Assembly: GCA_965645245.1 (NCBI GenBank)
Contig: OZ287077.1
Location: 1,426,001-1,490,000 of the forward strand
Source of the DNA: Massalongia carnosa
Lineage: Eukaryota
Length of the DNA stretch: 64,000 nt
Direction of reading: 5' to 3'
A program made the position numbers and the translations under genes. Every line of letters starts with the position of its first letter. Within the stretch, counting starts at the first letter, position 1. Positions 23,722 to 36,346 of this stretch are shown here, piece after piece. The notes under the pieces are model-generated. The model was not told the origin of the DNA. It was given only the letters and a program-made list of their open reading frames with translations, and ran no database searches.

Positions 23722-25440
23722 ATGAATTCCGATGAATTCCGGAAAGCGGCGCATTCGGCAGTTGAACAAGGCTCGTTCATGCTATTTTCCTAGATAATCA
23801 TGCTGATGGTAATGTAGTAATCGAATATTATGAGACAATTCAGGACAGGCAAGTCTTATCCAATGTGACCCCAGGGTACCTCAACAAGCTTCTCCCGTCC
23901 AGCCTGCCAGAGGAGGGAGAAGAATGGGGTGAAATAGAAAAGGATATTGATTCCAAGATCATGCCTGGGTTAACTCATTGGTATGACAGACAAAATTCCC
24001 GCGTGGGAATTGTGTGTCGTGCTGAAAGGGATCAAGGCAGTCCCCAAACTTCATGGCATACTTTCCTGCATGTTCTACCTATCCTTCAATGCTTGGGGAG
24101 CTCTATTCGGCAGCCTTTACCGCCCCTGCTTTCAACTGGATCTGCTCTCCGGCCGTCACGGAACTTGAAACAATCGTTCTTGATTGGTTAGCTAAGTTGA
24201 TGAAGCTTCCGCCTTGCTTTTTGAGTAAAGGTGAAGGTGGAGGGGTGATACAAGGCAGCGCGAGTGAAGCTATTGTGACTGTGATGGTGGCGGCAAGGGA
24301 AAGAGCTATCAATGCGGCATGTGTAGGACTCCAAGGTCAGAAACTCGAGGAATCAAAAGCCAGGATTAGGGGACGTCTCGTTGCTTTAGGAACTGCAGAA
24401 AGCCATAGTAGCACTGTTAAAGCAGCCATAATCGTTGGTGTTCGGTATATATCGATACCCGTCCACGTGACAGACAATCTCGCTCTTACAGGCCTTGGCT
24501 TGCAATCGGTCTTGGAAGACTGTGAAAGGGACGATTTAGTGCCTTTCTATTTAACCATCACGCTAGGCACTACAGGGACATGTGCTGTAGATCGCTTTGG
24601 TGAAGTAAAGGAGGTAGCACTGTCCCACCCACAGCTCTGGGTTCATGTGGATGCTGCATATGCCGGGGCGGCCCTGGTGTGCGAAGAATATCAATACTTG
24701 ACAACTCACCTTGACGCATTCAATAGCTTTGATATGAATATGCACAAATGGCTTCTCACCAACTTCGATGCTAGGTACTCTTGCAGTAGTTGTCGAGCTG
24801 ATGGCACAAGTAGCTAATCTCTCCCAGCTGTCTATATGTCAAACGGCGCATCGACCTCACCTCTGCGCTCACCATTACCCCTACTTACCTCAGCAACTCA
24901 TTTTCCTCATCGGGCCTCGTGATCGACTATCGTGACTGGCAAATTCCACTTGGTCGTCGGTTCCGTTCCCTGAAGATTTGGTTTGTGCTCCGGACTTACG
25001 GCATTAGCGGCCTGAAATCACATGTGCGGAAAGGTATCAAACTTGGCGAGTTATTTCACTCCTTGGTGCTTTCGAGACCGGATCTTTTTCGGGTGCTCGC
25101 ACCACCAGCATTTGCACTCACCGTTCTGGCGGTCCTACCACGACGAAGCAAGCAGAGATTAACGAGTGAAAGGATTGGTGACGGAGTTCAGGCCACAAAT
25201 GATATAGTTATCAATGGAGATTTCTCTGAGCTAGATTCGGCGAACAAGATTACCAAAGAGGTCCTGGACCAAATCAATGCATCTGGCCAGCTTTATCTTA
25301 CGGGCACTGTTGTGAACGACATATACGCAATTCGGGTTGTCAGCGCGAACGAATTAGCGGATGAAGAACATGTTCGGAGGGCATTTCAGATACTGGTTCT
25401 TGTCACGGAGGAGGTACTCGTGACGCGCGAACTCGGTTGA
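23722..25440 (+). CDS. Aromatic-L-amino-acid decarboxylase (group II PLP decarboxylase), 4 exons
   Basis: MNSDEFRKAAH, IMPGLTHWQSPNFMAYFP, SPAVTELE, GGGVIQGSASEA, HVDAAYAG, NMHKW, DYRDWQIPLGRRFRSLKIW. Introns 23771-23817 (GC-AG), 23981-24036 and approx. 24775-24827. Confidence 0.92.
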
Positions 25441-25963
25441 TCCACATTCAGGCCTGGAAACTCCAGACTCAGGAACATCATGTTCATCTGCGACAATCTC
25501 AGCTCTGACCGTCATTATAAAACATTATACATATCGAGAATAAGCAACGGAAGCTAGACCATACATATCATAGACGTGAATTTATCCCATCTCAATCGAT
25601 CACACGGATCAATCATAGCACATAAAGTGTGACCACGATTAGGGAGATCTTCAAGGGATGCAAGGATGCGAGAGATGAGATGGACGAGATTAGATAACAC
25701 ACGCCGGCACATTCCGCCTCATGACGTTGCTGACTATCGAGTGTATCTAGATCCTTGTACCATGCAAAATGCTATTTGCGATAAGCGATCCACATTCCGA
25801 AAAATTACCATTTGCTCCCTGGAGGGCTGCCACCCGGGGTGGAAGCTGTGTGACCCACACAGACAGACAGACAGGTAGTGGTCAAAATGTTGTAGCAAAA
25901 TTCCTAATAGGTGTCTTCATCGCTTATTCTTGAATCATACTATCTCGCATTGGTGCTTCAATA

Positions 25964-28900
25964 ATGCGTCTAGCGGTCCATCGATTGATCGTGCATCGTC
26001 AATCCGGGTGGTGGTCAACCCCCCTATCGCCCTCCACCACTTGTAAAGAAGGCATTCATGCTGCGAATTTCATAAACCGACAGGCACGAAGGCCCTTCTA
26101 CTCTAGCACTACTGCTGACAGGAGCAATGCGATTGGAACACTGTCAGGTCAGGGATCGCTATTCGATCCCTTGGATACGTTTTCGAGACGTCACATTGGC
26201 CCATCTCAAGACTCCACAAAACTAATGCTAGACGTGCTGAACCCACCGGTGCGGTCTCTGGATGAATTCGTAAAGGAAGTGCTACCGGCGGATATACTGA
26301 GCGCGAAGGACATTGCAATCAAAGGTCCCGTAGGTCGGAAGGAAAATGGCTATTCAGAAAGCCAACTAATCGCACGGCTGCGCGAGATCGCAGCGGGGAA
26401 TAAGATCATGCGAAGTTACATCGGTTGTGGATATGCCGGTACAAGGGTTCCGGAGGTTATCAAGAGGAACGTCCTGGAGGATCCTGGGTGGTATACCAGC
26501 TATACCCCATATCAGCCAGAAATCAGTCAAGGGCGTCTAGAATCGCTGCTAAACTTTCAGACGTTGGTTACTGATCTCACAGCCCTATCAATCGCCAATG
26601 CCTCGGTTCTGGACGAGCCTACAGCGGCAGCAGAGGCCATGACACTCTCTTTGAATGCGTTACCTCTAGCACGCCAAAGAAGACCGAACAAAACATTCGT
26701 GGTGTCTCATCTTTGTCATCCACAGACGATCGCTGTCCTAAAGTCTCGTGCCGATGGCTTCGGTATAGCGATCAAGGTTGCGGACGTCCTTCTGGAAAGC
26801 GAAGAGCTTTCACAGATAGGTGACGATCTAATCGGAGTACTTGTTCAATATCCTGATACAGAAGGCGGAGTTGAAGAATTTACCCAGCTCGCTGATATCG
26901 TGCATAGGCTGGGAGCCACGTTCTCGGTTGCTGCGGATCTGTTAGCTTTGACCATTTTGAAGCCCCCCGGTGAATTTGGTGCAGATATTGCGTTTGGTAA
27001 TGCTCAGCGGTTTGGGGTACCATTTGGATATGGCGGACCTCATGCTGCTTTTTTTGCATGCAGCGAAAAATATAAAAGAAAGATACCCGGGCGACTAATC
27101 GGTGTTTCGAAAGATAGATTAGGTGACAAAGCAATGAGATTGGCTTTGCAGACCCGCGAGCAGCATATCAGGCGAGAAAAGGCAACAAGTAACATCTGCA
27201 CTGCTCAGGCTCTTTTGGCCAACATGAGTGCATTCTATGCTGTTTATCACGGCCCGCGGGGATTAAAAGCCATTGCCCAAAGGGCGGTAAACGGGGCCCG
27301 TGTTATCGAGCAAGGGTTGAAGCAACTCGGTTTCAGCACAAATGCAAGAGGGAAAAGCCAAGAAGGGAAAGTCCTATTTGATACCGTGGTTGTAGCAACT
27401 GAATCAGGAAAAGCACAAGATATTGCAGCGTTCGCGGCGCAGAAATTAAAGATCAACCTTCGGGTATTCAACGATAGCAAACTAGGTGTCACGGTGGATG
27501 AGACCGTAGATACACAGGATCTGCAGGATATCTTGGACTGTTTTTCTCGTTTCGCCCCCCGGACGTCAATTACAGTGGAGAAACTCTCAGAAGATCTTCA
27601 CTTGTCCTCTACTGAAATTAGCGGGATACCCTCGAACCTCCAGCGGAAATCTGCCTACCTTACCCATCCTGTTTTCAATACACATCACTCCGAAACCGAG
27701 CTTCTTCGCTATATCCACCATCTTAAGTCAAAAGACCTCTCATTAATTCACTCTATGATCCCTCTAGGCTCTTGTACAATGAAGTTAAACGCGACCACCG
27801 AAATGACACCGATTTCTTGGCCTGAGTTCTCCTCGATACACCCATTCGTACCTGTGGAGCAGGCACAGGGATACGCCGTATTGATCGATGAGTTGGAGGA
27901 GGACTTGGCCGAAATAACGGGTTTTGACAAGGTCTCGCTCCAACCCAATTCTGGTGCCCAGGGAGAATTTACAGGCCTCCGGATCATTCGAAAGTATCAA
28001 GAGACGCAAGCAGGCAGGAAGCGAGATATTTGCTTGATTCCTGTCTCTGCTCACGGCACTAATCCGGCTAGTGCAGCCATGGCCGGCATGCGAGTTGTGA
28101 CCATTAAATGTGAGACAGGCACCGGCAACCTAGACATGGATGATTTGAAAGCCAAGTGCGAAAAGTACAGCGAAGAACTCGGAGCTATCATGATCACGTA
28201 CCCAAGCACCTTTGGAGTGTTTGAGCCACGAGTCAAGGAAGTATGTGAAATGGTCCACGTCCATGGTGGTCAGGTCTATATGGATGGGGCGAATATGAAT
28301 GCACAAATCGGGTTGTGTTCGCCTGGTGACATTGGCGCAGACATATGTCATCTCAACCTACACAAAACGTTCTGCATCCCCCACGGCGGCGGTGGACCTG
28401 GTGTGGGCCCGATCGGTGTCAAAACCCATCTTGCTCCGTTTCTTCCTGGTCACCCACTCATTCAGACTGGAGGGAGCAAAAGTATTTCACCTGTTAGTGG
28501 GGCGCCTTGGGGAAGCGCGAGTATTCTTCCTATCAGTTGGGCGTACATCAAGATGATGGGTGGTCGAGGTCTCACTCACGCGACTAAGATCACCCTCCTC
28601 AATGCTAATTATATCCTCTCTCGTCTAAAGCCTCATTATCCAATTCTTTACACAAACGAGGCTGGCCGCTGTGCACACGAGTTCATCCTCGACGTTCGAA
28701 AATACAAAGAATCCGCTGGCATCGAGGCTATCGATGTAGCCAAGCGGCTGCAAGATTATGGCTTCCATGCCCCAACCATGTCATGGCCTGTCGCCAACAC
28801 ACTGATGATTGAGCCAACAGAAAGCGAGAATTTGGACGAGCTGGACCGTTTCTGCGACGCATTAATCGAGATACGGAAGGAAATCGAGGCTGTGGAAAAG

Positions 28901-29215
28901 GGGGATCAGCCACGTGAAAATAATGTTTTGAAGATGGCTCCACATTCGCTCAAGGACCTTTTAGTGGGGGAGAAATGGGAACGGAGTTACACTAGGGAGC
29001 AAGCGGCATATCCCCTGCCGTGGCTGAAAGAGAAGAAATTTTGGCCCAGCGTGACTCGATTGGATGATGGTGAGTGTACTGTCTAAGCAACTGGAACAGC
29101 GATTCTCTGAACTGACATAACTGCAGCTTACGGCGATATGAATCTTTTCTGTTCTTGCGGCCCAGTGGAGTCGATAGACGGGATGACAGGGGCTGCAGCG
29201 CCTGCAGCGACCTAA
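25964..29215 (+). CDS. GCV2: Glycine decarboxylase (glycine cleavage P protein), mitochondrial
   Basis: RRHIGP, YTPYQPEISQGRLE, REQHIRREKATSNIC, PLGSCTMKLN, HLNLHKTF. Terminal intron 29070-29127 gives RLDDAYGDMNLFCSC. Confidence 0.97.
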
Positions 29216-29564
29216 TATGTGGCGGTGATGTACGAAGGCTTACATGAATCCGGGAAGAGTACAGGAAAATGGAGCATAGAGATTTGAGCGTCACCATTTT
29301 CAACACATGGACCACGCTTCTGGAGCGGTATGGCCAAAGAGCTGTTTCAACATGCTGCATGTAGAAAGGCGTTTCATTTTCTTGGTTTGCGCATAGATGG
29401 CGTGCGAGATTCTTGGCCAATGCAATATCCTGCGTGGAATCTGGATACCACCAACTGGATAACGGTAGATTAGGACATGGTCGAAGAATTTCACAAACCA
29501 TCAAACGCCCAAATTGGGCTCCAATGTTATCAAAAAGCTCCACAGCACTCTCCAGTGACCCGTC

Positions 29565-30193
29565 TCAGACTCTTTCCCCCCATCTTGATGGTCGCATTAT
29601 CGCCACGCTCAGTCTCGGGGTGAATCCGTAATTCTGCTCCCCAACGTCCAATCAGCACATTTTCTCCCTCTATACCTCCTCACTTAACCCTCTCCCAAAT
29701 CCTTGTCCCTCGCTCATAGCCAAACCTCCCTAGCCCCCAACCATCATCCCATATGTTCTTTTCCTGGAACCCTTCTGACAGAACCGAAAAATACGTACGG
29801 TACTTTCCTCCATCCCCTTCCACCCCCCCCTCAACCCATTCCCCCTGCACAACGCCCCGTCTCAGCACTAGCGCCACTTCCCCTGCATGCCGGATTCCCG
29901 CCTCCGCCTCCTTGCTCTCCGGCGCCAGCGCGCGCTGACTATCGAAGTTCTGGCGTGCGGTTTGCCGCGCCGCGTGCAGGATACGGAAATCGCCTGTGGA
30001 ATGAGCGGTCAAGTAAGCAGGTGTTGGCGAGGGTAATGGAAATGTTTGAGTCAGGGAAGAGTCCGGGGGGGGGGGGGATGATTGGGACGATAGGGGAGGA
30101 GAAAGGAGTGATGAGGAGCGCGGATGGGGGATACATACCTTGAAATGCGATTCTTGTGGAGCGGAGGAGGTGACGGTAGGCTGCTAGTGCCAT
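29565..30193 (-). CDS. MZM1: Mitochondrial zinc maintenance protein (LYRM7), 3 exons
   Basis: MALAAYRHLLRSTRIAFQG|DFRILHAAR...LRRGVVQG...KYQLRIHPETERGDN, with LYR-like motif and the C-terminal LRIHxxTExGDN signature. Confidence 0.88.
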
Positions 30194-30440
30194 TCCGCCG
30201 GTTGAGAAGCTGCTCATGTAGTTTGAGGCATGCTCTGGAATAGACTGAGATTTAGATCGAATACTTTTCATGGAGGGAGTCGAAAACCGAGTAGTCTAAG
30301 GTTGTTGAGCCACACTTGGTTAGCCACACCTTAACGACGCTAGACTTTATCAACTTCAGAGAAAAAAGTTAAGAAGCACACCCAATCTTTATAGCCAGAA
30401 GGCCTTCTCTCGTTGTCTGGAGCGTCTGTTCGTACCTACC

Positions 30441-31901
30441 ATGGCCGCTACAGCAGTCTCGCTGCCATTACCGGTACTGTCAGAGGGCTGGTCTGCCGAA
30501 AAAGACTTTAAGGCCATAGGTACACTTTCTCCTGCTACGCAGCGAAACCTTGAGCCCGTTGGACCTCACTTCTTGGCACATGCACGACGAGTAAGTTGAT
30601 CCCAGCTTACTATTGCAAGGATTTAGGAACGTTTTCACCCACTTAACTATTACCGCAGAAGCGACATCACCGTACGTTCTCCGAAGATGAGCGTATCCAG
30701 GCACAAGAAAACGTGAAAAAGGTCGAGGACGAAGAGGTGGGCGATATCAGCGAACCGGAAGACCAGTTGATGCTACAACGTGATGCCAAGGACTGGAAGG
30801 TAGCTCATACAGCTATCTCCTTTCCAAATTACTCGTGACGCTAACATTCTCTAGGGACAAGATCATTACGCTGTGTTGGGCCTCTCGAAATATCGGTATC
30901 GTGCTACCGAAGCCCAGATAAAGCGTGCGCACCGTAAGAAAGTTTTGCGCCATCATCCCGATAAAAAGGCGGCTGCGGGTTCTTCGGAAGACGATTCATT
31001 TTTCAAATGCATCCAGAAAGCCACAGAGGTCCTCCTAGACCCAGTGAAGCGTCGGCAATTCGACTCCGTGGACTCTGCGGCCGACGTAGAACCCCCAAGC
31101 AAGAAACAGGCCCAGAAGCCAGGTGCCTTTTTCAAGCTCTGGAACCCCGTCTTTGAAAGTGAAGGCCGCTTCAGCAGAATCCAGCCTGTGCCCAAGCTAG
31201 GAGGGGATAAGAGCACCAAAGATGATGTAGAGCGCTTCTACAACTTCTGGTATAACTTCGACAGTTGGCGCAGCTTCGAGTACCAGGACGAAGACGTGCC
31301 GGACGACAACGAGAACCGCGATCAGAAGCGCCATATTGAACGCAAGAACAACAACGCGCGCAAAAAGAAGAAGACGGAGGACACAGCACGTCTGCGGCAA
31401 CTAGTGGACGACTGCCTGGCCGGCGACGAGCGCATCAAGAAGTTCCGCAAGGAGGAGCGTGCGGGCAAGGACCGCCGGCGCACGGAGCGTGAGGCGGCGG
31501 AGAAGCAGGCGCTCGAGGACGCGCGAAAAGCCAAGGAGGCAGAGGAGCAGGTGCGCAAGGATCGCGAGGAGGAGGAGAAGGCGGAGAAGGCGGAGGGCAA
31601 GAAGGCCAAGGATGCGGCGAAGAACGCAGCCAAGAAGCACAAGCGCGTACTGAAATCCAGCGTCAAGGATGCGAATTACCTGCTCCCGAACGGCGAAGGG
31701 AAGGCGCCGGAGAAGCGGGCAAACGAGGTGTTGACGGACGTGGAGGTTGTGATCGCCAAGCTGGACAACGAGGAGCTGGCGGCGTTGGCGAAGAGGTTGG
31801 GGGAGGGCGGGGAGGCGAGGGAGGTGTGGAGAGAGGAAGTGGGGAGATTGGTGGAGGGTGGGAAAGTGAAGGAGGGGGACCTTCGGGTGTTGGGAGCGTG
31901 A
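30441..31901 (+). CDS. ZUO1: Zuotin (ribosome-associated J-protein), 3 exons
   Basis: EPVGPHFLAHARR, DWK.QDHYAVLGLSKYRY, J-domain HHPDKK, FYNFWYNFDSWRSFEY. Confidence 0.96.
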
Positions 31902-32197
31902 CGGATGGATGACGGGAGATCTTGGACGGCGCGAGAGGGAAAGCGGAAGAATGAAGACAGAAGGGGGGGGGGGAGGAAATGGGCATGATGAGACGAGACA
32001 AGACCAGTTTGATACCGTTGCCATTATTCTTGGTACGATGCTTTAGATCAGGTTAGACGTTCGGGATGGGGTTGCATTAGACTACCAGGAAGATTGGGAA
32101 AATAGAGAGATTAACCTCAAACGCCCATCCCCTTTCCCCAGTTCCCACCCCAAAACGCCACGCAACAAGATCAAACACAACGTCTGACAGCAAACGC

Positions 32198-33172
32198 TTA
32201 ATTCCTCAACGCCCTCAACCTCTCCCCCAATCCCTCCTCCCTTTCCTCCTCGCTCGCATTCTTCGCCACTAGCGACGCCTGCTCTGGCGCACGCATCTCT
32301 GCTTGTAGCTCCACGCCCGCCTCGTCGGCGACCAGGTGCATCAGCCGGTCGACGTCTTCTTGCGGCGTGCCGACCGCGGTGGCAGACGAGGTTGCTGTCT
32401 CGTAGTAGCCGGTAGCGACGTCGAGGTCTTCGAACTGGGACTCGAACTTGTCCATTACGGCGGAGATCTTTACCGGTGAAAAAGGGGGGGGGGTTGGTTA
32501 GCTGATTGAGTTGGAAGGGAAGTTCGTTCGGTGAGAGGGAGGATTCTTTTGGAGGTGTAAATTGGGAAATAGGGAGAATGGGAAAAAACCCGGCAGAGGA
32601 AGATTGGTTCGGTTGGGTTGGGTTGCTTGTGTTTCAAGAAAACTCACTTTCTCCAAATCCATCGCTCGCATCGCGCCCTCCATGCCCCGCACCACACCCG
32701 CCATGCTCCCCGTCACCTGCCTCATCGTGACCGCCGTCTGCACTCTGCTGGCGACGGCATCGATGCGCGACCCTAGCCGCAGGAGGTTGAGCTTCTCGTT
32801 CTGCTTCCGGATCGCGTTTTGCGCGTAGATCTTGGCGATGTCCGGGTGGTTTTGCTGGATGGCCTGTAGATAGATGGGGATGTGAGTTTGGGGGGGAGGG
32901 TTGCCTGATGGGGTAAAGAACAAGAGTGGGAGAAGGGAAGGACAAGAAATTGTGCGAGAGAGGGAGGAAGAGAGAACGAGACGGAACCTTTTTGAGCTTG
33001 TTTTTCTCGGCCGTCTCGTCTTTGCCGGCTTTCGCTGCTTGTCTGGACAATTGCTTGGCGGTGAACTGAGGCCATATGATGCGAGTTAGCCAGGATTCGT
33101 TTCGCCGTGGGGGCGGACAATGGAGATAAGAACCTTGAGGTTGAACAGCGATTTTTCAAGACCGCCGGACAT
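32198..33172 (-). CDS. DID2: ESCRT-III associated protein Did2/Vps46 (CHMP1), 4 exons
   Basis: [61 protein letters not shown]-terminal [10 protein letters not shown]. Confidence 0.94.
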
Positions 33173-33473
33173 ACTGGGCGGTGAGTACGAATGAAAGTTC
33201 GATATCGTGCCGGGGTTGTAGGTAAGGGAGGAGGAGGGTGAGGAGGCTCCGTAGGTTGGATGTGGATAATGTCATGGAACCTAGCTCACCAGCCACAAAG
33301 ATTAGGTCACTTAAACCTTTGGCCAATGAAAGCGTACAGCGCCACTTATTAGAGAGTAATTAGTCAGCATGTGGCTCAGCTATGGAGAACACGGTCCGTG
33401 AAGCCGTTCTACATCGAGTAATACCAAAACTCCAATCCATCCATCCGTCCATCCACCAACCCCTTGAACCACC

Positions 33474-34235
33474 ATGCGCTCACCACTCCCACTCTTACTC
33501 CTCCTCCTCGCCACCCTCTACCCCCCTCCCTCAATCGCCTCCTCCTCCTCCCCCCTCTCATCTTCCCCCACAGAACCCTACACCACCACCATCCTCCACT
33601 TCCCCGCCTGGTCGCCCAGCACGCCCCTCCCCCTCGCCACGCTCAGCTACCATCCTCTTCATCCGCACCTCTCCACCATCCTCTCGTTCACGCCGCCCCC
33701 GCCCCCGCCGGCGAACTCGACCGGTCTAACGCGCATCGCCATCGCGCTGTCCCCCGCCGGCAGCAAATCCCGGGAAGGGAAAGAGGGCGAAGAGGAGGGA
33801 GAAGAAGCGCGCTATCGCACCACGCTCGCTGTGTTAGGGAGCGTCCGTGCGCCGGCTACGGGGCGGTTTCGTCTCGTGGTGCATCGCGACGGACGGGTGC
33901 TAGGCGTGGGGTGGAGGGTGGGGGCTAGGGCTGGGGCTGGGGAGGGGGAATTCGATCTTTTGGTGGAGAAAGAGGGGGCGAGACCGGTTGTGGAGAGGAT
34001 TTCGGTGAAGGGGGCGGGGGTGGTGCTGGGTGAGGATGGAGAGGAGGTGGTGGAGAAGACGATGTTGCAGAAGTGAGTGTTTCTTTGTTCTTTCTTTTTT
34101 TCGGATTCTGGAATCGTTACGATGAGCACAGACAGTCAGAAATGCTAACATCTCCCTCCCTCCACCACTAGATACTGGTGGGTACTAGTGGGCGTTGCAT
34201 TCCTGGCTATTACGGGTGGTGGCGGGGATAAGTGA
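33474..34235 (+). CDS. EMC10: ER membrane protein complex subunit 10-like type I membrane protein
   Basis: Signal peptide, then EKTMLQK|YWWVLVGVAFLAITGGGGDK across intron approx. 34073-34170. A K-T/S-x-L-Q-K-Y-W-W motif followed by a TM segment is typical of EMC10. Confidence 0.75.
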
Positions 34236-36236
34236 ACGATCTCTGCGAGGAAATGGATAGGTTTCTTGCTGCGTATGGGGAATGACGTGTGAGAAAAGGA
34301 GGATGGGGACGCGAAGTAGATCTTTACAGGGTGGATAGATAGGAGGAGGAAGGGTAGGTGGCTTTCTTTGCGGAGGGGTTCGATCGAGTTTGCTTGCTGG
34401 GGCAGCGGGGAAAAAGGGATGCACGCATTAAACTAAACAACCCCTCCCCGGCGAAGAAATAAAAATTCCATCTATCTACTGATATCTCCTTCCCATTCTC
34501 ATTCCTCCAAAATCACCCTCTCTTCCCCACTCTCCCCACCAAAGCAAATTCAATATCTGCCGCCATCCCTCGCTCACACCGTCCAGAGAACCAATCCCCT
34601 TTCCCCATCCATCGTTGATGAGTTCTTTCCGCTATTCGTTCCGTGGCCTGAGAGAAGTCCAGAGGTTGTAAGGTGAGTATGTGTTTGAAGACGGGCCGAT
34701 CATGTGTGGTTTTACAGGATCGGTGGGTCGGGTTTTCTTGCACGCTCCCTGTCTCGACCTTTCGCCCTTTATGTATTCGGGGAGGAAATTCAGGTAAGGG
34801 AAAGGGGGGTATGCGCCCACTTTTTCTTACTCTCGTCTCCTTTTTGGTGTTGCTTGAAAATATTTACTAGAAAACACCTCTTTTCCCCCCTCCCTCAAAG
34901 GTTCTCACATCTCCTCTCCGCTCTTACTTCTTAACATTCGATAACTTAGAAGTCTTCTATCCGGGTCTTTACTGGTCGCAGGATATTAGTAATCGTTTGT
35001 CATGCTATTTTCGAGCTTCCTGCTGATGAATATAGAGGTCGTGTAAGTAGAAAGGAGGGCACGGGAGTGGGGTGGGAGCGTGATAGCGGATTAGCGATAG
35101 CAGAGCGATGAAGGGGAGATGTATGGCGATGGGAGAAAAGGTGAACTGAAGGTGTGCGACTAAAAACACTCAAGTGGGGCAAACCAGCAAACTCTCATTC
35201 CCTCGCCCAAGCTGACGCCTCCAATATCTAAATGCGCCAGATCCCGGCACTCTTGATACGACTCCACCTCCCGGAGGCAAATCGCTGCCGCGATCCAGCC
35301 GAAGCTCTGTTTCTAGAAGGCCGAACGCTCCTGACATTCCCGTGGCGGAAGAGTCCCCACGTGCAAGTATGCGATGGACCGTTTCAGCGCCTTATCTCGA
35401 TCTTCCGTTCGCATCTCCCTGATGGACGCTACCAGGGCGGCGGCGTCGCGGTCAACGCGCTCTTTCATGCCGACCGGATATTCGCGGTGACGCTTGCCGA
35501 TGTGGTGGCCACGTCGGCAGATGATGATGCCAATGAATATTTCAATCTCTTCCAGCTGCTCGCTTGGATGGGTCGAGTATTGGAGAATCGTGTTAATTAG
35601 GTTGGACTCATAGCTGTTTGCCAAAATAGAGTTAGCAGATTTAATAACTAAAAGTCTTACGAGCTAGTGATAAGGATAACATACATTTCTCTCAGAATCT
35701 AGGCTGGGTATAGAGAAAATCCCATTCAGCTTCTGCAGTCTTGTGCTGAACGTACTCTCTGAGCTTGATGAGCAAGCTGTCCTTAGACGAGTCATTCGAG
35801 TCCACAACGCCGCCTCGAATATGCAAGTCCTTGAAAAATGAACGTTCATCAATCGCCCGGTATAGAGTGCCAATGATTTTCTTGCTTTCGTAGTAGCGGA
35901 ACCTTTCGCCCTCGCCGACGCAGGCGAAATCATCACCAGGTATAATGTCTTCCTCATCATCTTCGAATCTGATCCCAAAGGATAGACCCTTCCGTATCTT
36001 TACCTTCCGTCCTGGGGCCATGAAGTCTGGTCGCCACTTGTTGCATCGTGGAAGCCGGTATAGATGGGTGACTGTATAACTCAGAGGTTTTGTAATTTTC
36101 CTATCTTTTAGCTGCCGCAGCCGCTTAATAAGCATCCTACCCCTACCTACCCCTCCCTACCTACATCTCCCTACATACCAACTCACCCTGCTGTCGCCAA
36201 GTTTTGAAGTTATTCAACTCGCCGACATAGAACCCT

Positions 36237-36270
36237 CCCCCGGCGCCCCCCCGGCGCCCCCCCGGCGCCC
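36237..36270. repeat. (CCCCGGCGCCC)x3 GC-rich subterminal repeat inside the MULE
   Basis: Read directly; followed by related CCCACATAAAAA units. Confidence 0.8.
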
Positions 36271-36346
36271 ACATAAAAATTCCCGCCGCTGCCCACATAA
36301 AAAAATTTCCCCGCGGCCCCTAATAAAATCCCCCCTATTTCCCTCT

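Noticed and set aside
8395..29215. THR4, the decarboxylase and GCV2 as a PLP/amino-acid gene cluster
   Set aside because: Unrelated genes intervene, and there is no shared pathway or evident shared regulatory motif.
31401..33928. Long antisense or alternate-frame ORFs over ZUO1, DID2 and EMC10 (also over trehalase, GCV2 and UTP21)
   Set aside because: Shadows of GC-rich or skewed coding sequence with no recognisable motifs.
34640..34800. CCTGAGAGAAG and GGAAATTC resembling RNase P conserved regions; also considered U3, U1 and a TPP riboswitch
   Set aside because: Motifs are in the wrong order and the other required conserved boxes are absent.
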